A stretch of DNA of 64,000 nt from the NCBI GenBank assembly GCA_024704765.1, contig JAKMXF010000221.1, forward strand, positions 434,001 through 498,000. Direction: 5' to 3'. How positions within the stretch are numbered: the stretch's first letter is position 1; each line of letters opens with the position of its first letter. Origin of the DNA: Oopsacas minuta (Eukaryota > Animalia > Porifera). The notes under the pieces were generated by a model. It saw only the letters and a list, made by a program, of their open reading frames with translations. It made no database searches and was not told the origin of the DNA. This document shows positions 58,143-64,000 of this stretch, in pieces. The translations under genes and the position numbers were made by a program.

Positions 58143-59201
58143 ATGGCTGAATTTGACTCTAACAAACACCAGCATACTCGTTACAATCTCTTACAAGGTC
58201 AGTGGGTACTCGTGTCTGCTCAGCGTATTAATCGTCCCTGGACCGGACAGACTGAACCAACCAAAGAGTCCAATAATAAACAGGACTCTCTCCCCGGAGC
58301 AACCTCTAATTATTTAGCACCCGGGGCTTTACGGGTGGGGGGGAAAAAGAATGATGATTATAAAAACACTTTTGTGTTTGAGAATGATTTCCCCGCTCTC
58401 CTATCCACAGGTCCGGACCCTCCTCCCCCTGTTCACCCTCTTCTAGTCACCGCTCCAGCTAAGGGGACGTGTCGTGTGATGTGTTTCCATCCCAGAGGTG
58501 ATCTTACACTAGCTAGGATGGATGTACCGGATATTTTAATTGTCATTGAAGAATGGGTTAGACAATTGCATGAATTAGGGAAGGATAACGCATGGGTGCA
58601 AATATTCGAGAATAAGGGAGAGCCCATGGGGTGCTCAAATCCGCACCCTCATTGTCAGATTTGGGCCTCTTCCTTCATTCCAGATCTCCCGAGTCGGTCT
58701 GATAAGAATCAGCGGGAGTATTTCAAACAGCATGACAGTCAGCTCTTGCTGGACTATTTAGCTGTTGAGCTGGAGTATAGAGAAAGACTTGTAGCAGTGA
58801 ATGCTCACTGGGTATGTATTGTACCATTCTGGGCTTGTTGGCCTTACGAGACTATGCTCATACCGAAACGACACGTCCTTCGACTCACAGACTTAACTCC
58901 AGATGAGAGACTGTCAGGAGCTGAAATAATTAAGATTCTACTTTGCAAATACGATAATCTCTTCCATACATCTTTCCCTTACTGCATGGGATGGCATGGT
59001 GCGCCTACTGGTCCCTACCTAGAGACTGATTGCTCCCATTGGCAGCTTCATGCCTTGTACTACCCCTGTCTCCTCCGGTCTGCTAGTATCAAGAAACATA
59101 TGGTCGGTTATGAAATGTTAGCACAGCCGCAGAGGGACCTTACACCCGAAGCAGCAGCCCTGCGACTTATAGAAACTCCTTCCATACACTATCTAGATTA
59201 G
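58143..59201 (+). CDS. GALT: Galactose-1-phosphate uridylyltransferase
   Basis: RYNLLQGQWVLVSAQR..RPW, FENKG..MGCSNPHPHCQIW, KHMVGYEML..QRDLTPE. Confidence 0.98.
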   Translation: MAEFDSNKHQHTRYNLLQGQWVLVSAQRINRPWTGQTEPTKESNNKQDSLPGATSNYLAPGALRVGGKKNDDYKNTFVFENDFPALLSTGPDPPPPVHPLLVTAPAKGTCRVMCFHPRGDLTLARMDVPDILIVIEEWVRQLHELGKDNAWVQIFENKGEPMGCSNPHPHCQIWASSFIPDLPSRSDKNQREYFKQHDSQLLLDYLAVELEYRERLVAVNAHWVCIVPFWACWPYETMLIPKRHVLRLTDLTPDERLSGAEIIKILLCKYDNLFHTSFPYCMGWHGAPTGPYLETDCSHWQLHALYYPCLLRSASIKKHMVGYEMLAQPQRDLTPEAAALRLIETPSIHYLD

Positions 59202-59549
59202 TTGTATATTTGTGTTGTGTTGTTTTGTTTTGAGATATTTGCACACATAATATTACACTGCAGGACTTTGTAATTAGTATATGAACATTTTGTACTCCGA
59301 TGTCTCTGGGTATATTATTAGAACTAGATAATGTTACGCATGTATTTATTGCTCTCACGAGTAGAATGATTTGGTTAGTTAATATTTATGAATAGTATAG
59401 TTCATTCAGCTTTATTGGGGCCTTACAGCGAATATATAAATATTCCAGTGAAAGTAGAATTCCCCAAACTTGCTCCTACTGGACTTGCATACTTGCATGT
59501 CCCGCAAAAACCCACCGGAATTACCCGCTTTTGTAGGTTATATTGCTAG

Positions 59550-59747
59550 TACGCTATGACCTATTTAACCTTACGCCCCCAAATCTGAACAAAACAGCAA
59601 TTTCTCCAAAAAAGGAGTTTTAACCAATTCATATAACAAAATTAGAGTTCCTCTCCTTGTGTCTTGAATTTAATCCATATATGATAATATATTTATCATA
59701 TCATTACACAAGGATATAATCCATATATGGTAATAGGTCATAGAGTG
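59550..59747. mobile_element. Degraded ~200-bp inverted-repeat element
   Basis: tacgctatgacctatttaacc versus ggtaataggtcatagagtg (reverse complement cactctatgacctattacc); no clear TSD. Confidence 0.45.
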
Positions 59748-60095
59748 TTATAAATTTCTAAAAATACCATTCACGATTCTATAATTAGATCGAAAGCATG
59801 ACCCCTTGAGTATATCTATAAATATTCCAATATTCTGAGTAACTTGACTTTTCGAATATATTATAATTCCTTCCCCTCTCCGATCATCAATCGTATACTG
59901 AATTAGCCATTAGTAAAATTTTCAATACTGCCCAGTTAGTAGGTCGCAATCACCAAATATTACTTGTAAAGTTTTCAGTAATTCATGAATAGTGCTACAG
60001 TTTGTATTTCAGTTTTTCTTATACATATACCGACGTATTCGCTGTATTTACATTTTGCTTGATAGATTCGATAATTCACACGATTTGTTTCCAGT

Positions 60096-63000
60096 ATGGC
60101 TAACGGGTCCGAGAGAAGTATCGAACCTCTCGTTATCGCTAATCAAGAAGAAAATACACTAAGTCTTCAGCCCATTACAGAGAAGAAAGAACTAGCCGAT
60201 TCTCCCACCAGGACAGAGGAGACCGCGTCGCCAATCCCAGAGAAGAAAAGTTGGTGGAAGAAGTTTTCAAAAGACAAGAAAACAGATGATGAGGAGAAAG
60301 AACAGACCTATCCTAGTGTCAATCCGATCAAAATATTCAAATATGCTACTGTATTAGAATTGATGTTACTAGGTGTGGCGATGATTGCTGGTACATTACA
60401 AGGAGGAGCTTTCCCGTTTGTATTTCTAGCTATCGGAGAAGTTCTCGATGCATTCTTTAAATTCGAAACAACCGGTGCTGCTTGTACTGCGAACTATTTC
60501 GCCAATACCTCCTGTGAGTATTTATTCAGATTTATTTGTATTGTATTTATTTGTTCTATTTATAGCGACATGCAGTATTGGTTCCAGTTTCACCTCAGCC
60601 CTAAATACAAATTCCACACCTATCACATCTATGTTTAACCTGACCGCTAATACCAACTGGTTTTTCTGTACCGCATCCAGACAGGGTGTTACTCTAAACA
60701 TATCAACTCTCTCCTCGATAACAGAACCAATCATAGATCAATACTGTTATAATAATGCATACTATAATAGACTAGCGTTCGCTGATAACATGGGATGTTG
60801 TTCAACTTTTGATAACTGTGTGGCAGACGCTAAGTCTACTCTCTACATGGACGTTCTGCTCTGTAATGTTATGATTCTCGTTGGCATAGGCGTACTGGCA
60901 GCAATATGCTCGTATATTGAGGTAAATACTATTTAATAATACAGCGGTTCCCACTTTCCACCCGTGGACCCCTGCTGTGTCGTCCGTGGACCATTAGGGT
61001 ATATGGACCCCAGGTTGAGAGCCGCTGTTCTAATTCTTTATAGGTATTTCGTTGGTTCTGACTTGGTAATACCGGAATCGCTTGCAGTTTTGATAAATCC
61101 TATAGAGCCCTGTTGTATACATTGTCCCAGCAGTATTCTGTTAATAATAAAGAAGTCAGGGGGGTGTCGTATTTCTTTGTTCTATGTACGATTACATTCC
61201 ATAGAATCTAAGTACTTGTGTACTTGAACGCGTAACAATATGACAATGTGTTGGTAATTTGCAGCATTTCCCTGAAAATATCATAGATGTTGAATGTCCA
61301 TGGTACTATAATACAGCACCTCAAAATATTATACAACAGATGTGTAAAGTGTCACAAAGTCGACAACTTTAGCCATCAACAGCTCCCAAACAACAAGTTT
61401 ATTGACTAAGGTGTGAAAAGATAAAATATAGTCCATGAGGTACACTTCACCGAAAACCACTTTTTCGACACTTTTGCCATTTGAAAGTTTATACATCGGA
61501 GTGCATCCAAGAATTAGTAAATTTACTATTTGCTCTGAATGCGTCAATATACACATAACATTCATATTCTATTCTAATTTAATTTAGCTAATACTAATAC
61601 AGAATATTGACTGTATTAAAATCATGTTTATTCCTTGACTATACATCTTGTATTGTTTGGTTGAGCAGTTTTACCCAGCTCACCATATCGTCTCTAGTTT
61701 CCGCACAGAGTTTGTAAGTTCTAGGCGGAGTTTTTAGCTGAAAGGTATGTTCGTAGGGTGCTTGCTTATGATGGTCCGATTCCCCAGCGCATACTTCAAA
61801 TCCCTCCGCTCGCTTCCCAAGCTTAATCTCTCCTTTGGGATGTGCGTCTAGCTTCTCCTTATAGTACGATAAGTAACCTTTGTTGTAGAAGAACCATCTC
61901 TTCCTCCAGACGTCCTTCGCCGCAGGGCCGGGTTTATATAAATACCCAGATTTCTGTAGATATACACCTGAACATAGCATTGAACCATCCAGGTTGATAC
62001 ACTCCATTGAATTAGCTATTTTATTCTGTGCACATAGTATGGTATAGTACCATTCTATGGTCAGTAGATTATTGTCAGAATACGCGTAGTAGTTACGAGA
62101 GCTTGAGGATTCTTGGAAGTATGTTATTGCCATTGCAAACATATTCAAGTTTATTTCTTCTAGGTTAATACCGATGTCTTTTATAGGAACCTGCACTTTG
62201 GGGTTCGTATCATCTATTTTTATGAAATATTCAAGATTTGAATTTTTTACAACGAAAAACCGGGGTTTCCAGGCCTCTTTGCTTTTCCCTTTCTTATGGA
62301 GGAATCCGCTTTTCTCTCCAGTCCCTATCGAACTCTGTTTCAGTTTATTATCGTCCTCGAATAGTTTCCCATCATATTTACAGATTATGAAACTTTCCTT
62401 GAGGGCAGTTTGTGAGGACGGAATTGGTTTTGAGTAGTACATAGGGAGGAATTTCTCTAATTGCTCGTTCAATCTATTCCCGATCGCTAGATCGACTTCA
62501 TCTGCTGTCCAGCTGTCGAGCTTCAGAGATTTAACCCGGTTAGTAGCCAGACCTCTGTGTATTCCCGCACAGGTCTTACAAATCAAAACTCCAACGCGAA
62601 TATTACACCAGTCTGGATCTACGAAACCGCAGTCAGCGCAGTACTTGTTCTCTTCTCTCTCCATTATTTCTTCTAGGTCTTTCTTCAAGTTGGCTGCCAT
62701 ATTGTTAATAATATTTAACTGAGTAAGATTCTTGAAATGAGCTTATATCCAGATTTATATATCTCTAATTACACCTAGAGTTGTATATTTGCTAGCATGA
62801 TCTCGGATTACATTCGTAATTCGTAATCAGTAGCTACAAATATTGCCATATTATTGCTAACACTATTTGAATTTATTGGAAATTCTATTTTGATACATAA
62901 GCTGATCTGTAGAAACTAAGTTACTACTGTTGTATTCAGTGAGAACGATTCGAAATTTACCCTCAGCGCTGTGTCAGGCCTCTATGCTAGAATTCCCCAA

Positions 63001-64000
63001 GCGTGTAACTTACGTTAGAGCAAGCATTAAATGAATATTACTGATTAATCAAAATGTTAATATTAACATCCATACAGGTTAATAATACGCGTATTTGTAT
63101 ATTATATTCTCTCTGGTTTATGTTGGTGTGTTTATACGTAGTATTACTTGTTATAACGTTAATGTCAGTTTACCTACACTCCCATCATCCTTACACAATT
63201 ATATTACTAAGAGAGTAAGGTTGTATTTATGTGTTAGCAGTTCTGTAACAAACAATAGTCACAGTAGAGAACTCGAAAACAGGGCTTAGAATTATTTATA
63301 GAAAATATTGACACCTCTCTTGATTAATAGTGAAATGTCCTAACCCAATCAGATTTGAGGGTTTACCAATATAGACAGGTTTGTATTTGCCAATTTCCGC
63401 CAATTAATATTAATTTTCTCCCAAATTCCATCTACATAGCAACGGGCTTAACTCAATTACAATCCCATTTAATCTCATTTTTGTTGTGTAGATCTCAATA
63501 TTCGTTTCTGTTTCAGAATCAATCACCTATCGCATTAGAGTTGATTTCTTCAAGAGTCTACTAAGACAAGACATAGCCTGGTTTGATCATCATATTCCTG
63601 GGAAGTTAACTACTCGTCTCACTGAGGATCTTGACAAAATTAAGGAAGGCATAGGAGAGAAGTTCGTTTCAGTATTCAGAAGCTTTGCTGGAGTTATTGT
63701 AGCACTACTTCTATCATTTTTCAAGTGCTGGGCTCTGGTGTTGATCGTGATATTGTCAGCAGCTGTCGTAATGGTACCATTTGTATTCTTAGGTTAGCAA
63801 TAATTACTGTCAAATTTATTTGTACAAATTATATATTTTATTCTTTAGGTAAGGCTGACGCTCTCTTCTCTTCCAAAGAGCGTTCCGCCTACGCAGCTGC
63901 TGGTGGGATAGCAGAAGAAGTGTTAGGTGGCCTCAGAACCGTGGTAGCATTCGGGGGACAAAATCACGAAGTGCAGCGATACAGTGATAAACTGGATAAA
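60096..64000 (+). CDS. ABCB1-like: ABCB1/MDR1-like transporter, N-terminal part (runs off the right edge), host of nested ADAP1
   Basis: Exons 60096-60513, 60566-60921, 63492-63792, 63849->64000. IFKYAT..ELMLLG...[11 protein letters not shown]; [17 protein letters not shown]...[21 protein letters not shown]; [25 protein letters not shown]. Confidence 0.92.
60942..61027. mobile_element. hAT-type MITE (same family as 46311-46410), degenerate TSD
   Basis: cagcggttccca...ccgtggacc...gttgagagccgctg; TIRs CAGCGGTTCCCA and CAGCGGCTCTCA. Confidence 0.65.
61050..61480 (-). pseudogene. Possible decayed protein-kinase N-lobe
   Basis: In collinear order across frameshifts and stops: RKSGF/GEVYL (G-loop-like), IFREM (alphaC-like), VLRFYG (subdomain IV-like), LLLTEYC (subdomain V-like). 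Confidence 0.35.
61639..62700 (-). CDS. ADAP1: ArfGAP with dual PH domains (centaurin-alpha), intronless, nested antisense in ABCB1 intron 2
   Basis: CADC-x16-CKTC..IHR ArfGAP zinc finger with catalytic Arg; PH1 [10 protein letters not shown]...WKPRFF; PH2 KSGYLYKPG...WRKRWF. Confidence 0.93.
   Translation of the reverse strand: MAANLKKDLEEIMEREENKYCADCGFVDPDWCNIRVGVLICKTCAGIHRGLATNRVKSLKLDSWTADEVDLAIGNRLNEQLEKFLPMYYSKPIPSSQTALKESFIICKYDGKLFEDDNKLKQSSIGTGEKSGFLHKKGKSKEAWKPRFFVVKNSNLEYFIKIDDTNPKVQVPIKDIGINLEEINLNMFAMAITYFQESSSSRNYYAYSDNNLLTIEWYYTILCAQNKIANSMECINLDGSMLCSGVYLQKSGYLYKPGPAAKDVWRKRWFFYNKGYLSYYKEKLDAHPKGEIKLGKRAEGFEVCAGESDHHKQAPYEHTFQLKTPPRTYKLCAETRDDMVSWVKLLNQTIQDV

Overview
This is eukaryotic nuclear DNA from an animal: AT-rich, extremely gene-dense and intron-poor. 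I can support 28 protein-coding genes in 64 kb, 23 on + and 5 on -. Most are intronless and the shortest introns are about 52-70 nt. The gene set (ZZEF1-, ADAP1-, TEX47-, CCDC92-, small Maf- and Ig/FN3-like genes) plus the compaction suggests an early-branching animal with a miniature genome such as a glass sponge (Hexactinellida); that taxonomy is inference only. Gene order: HSP70 (-, partial), EEPD1-like, CFDP1, TSSK-like kinase, a ~2,394-aa PARP14-like gene, C20orf85/CIMIP1-like, COX7A-like, MFSD11, divergent small Maf, GANAB, KLHDC3, orphan multipass membrane protein (-), POLK, OSGEPL1, ZZEF1-like, TEX47, SPT5, GSTK1, L2HGDH (-), SLC26A11 with PNKP nested on the SAME strand in intron 6, CCDC92-like, SVOP (-), ATP5F1B, a 4xIg-3xFN3 receptor, GALT, and ABCB1 (partial) with ADAP1 (-) nested in intron 2. 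The most striking structure is organisational. Genes run co-directionally with 100-200 nt gaps, one divergent pair is only 75 nt apart, two genes are nested, and most start codons have a 3'-splice-site-like YAG a few nt upstream. Together these suggest operon-like transcription resolved by spliced-leader trans-splicing (hypothesis). Several proteins show unusual architectures, and short TA-flanked and hAT-type MITEs sit in introns and intergenic gaps. No rRNA, convincing tRNA or CRISPR array was found. All exon structures and counts were derived by eye.
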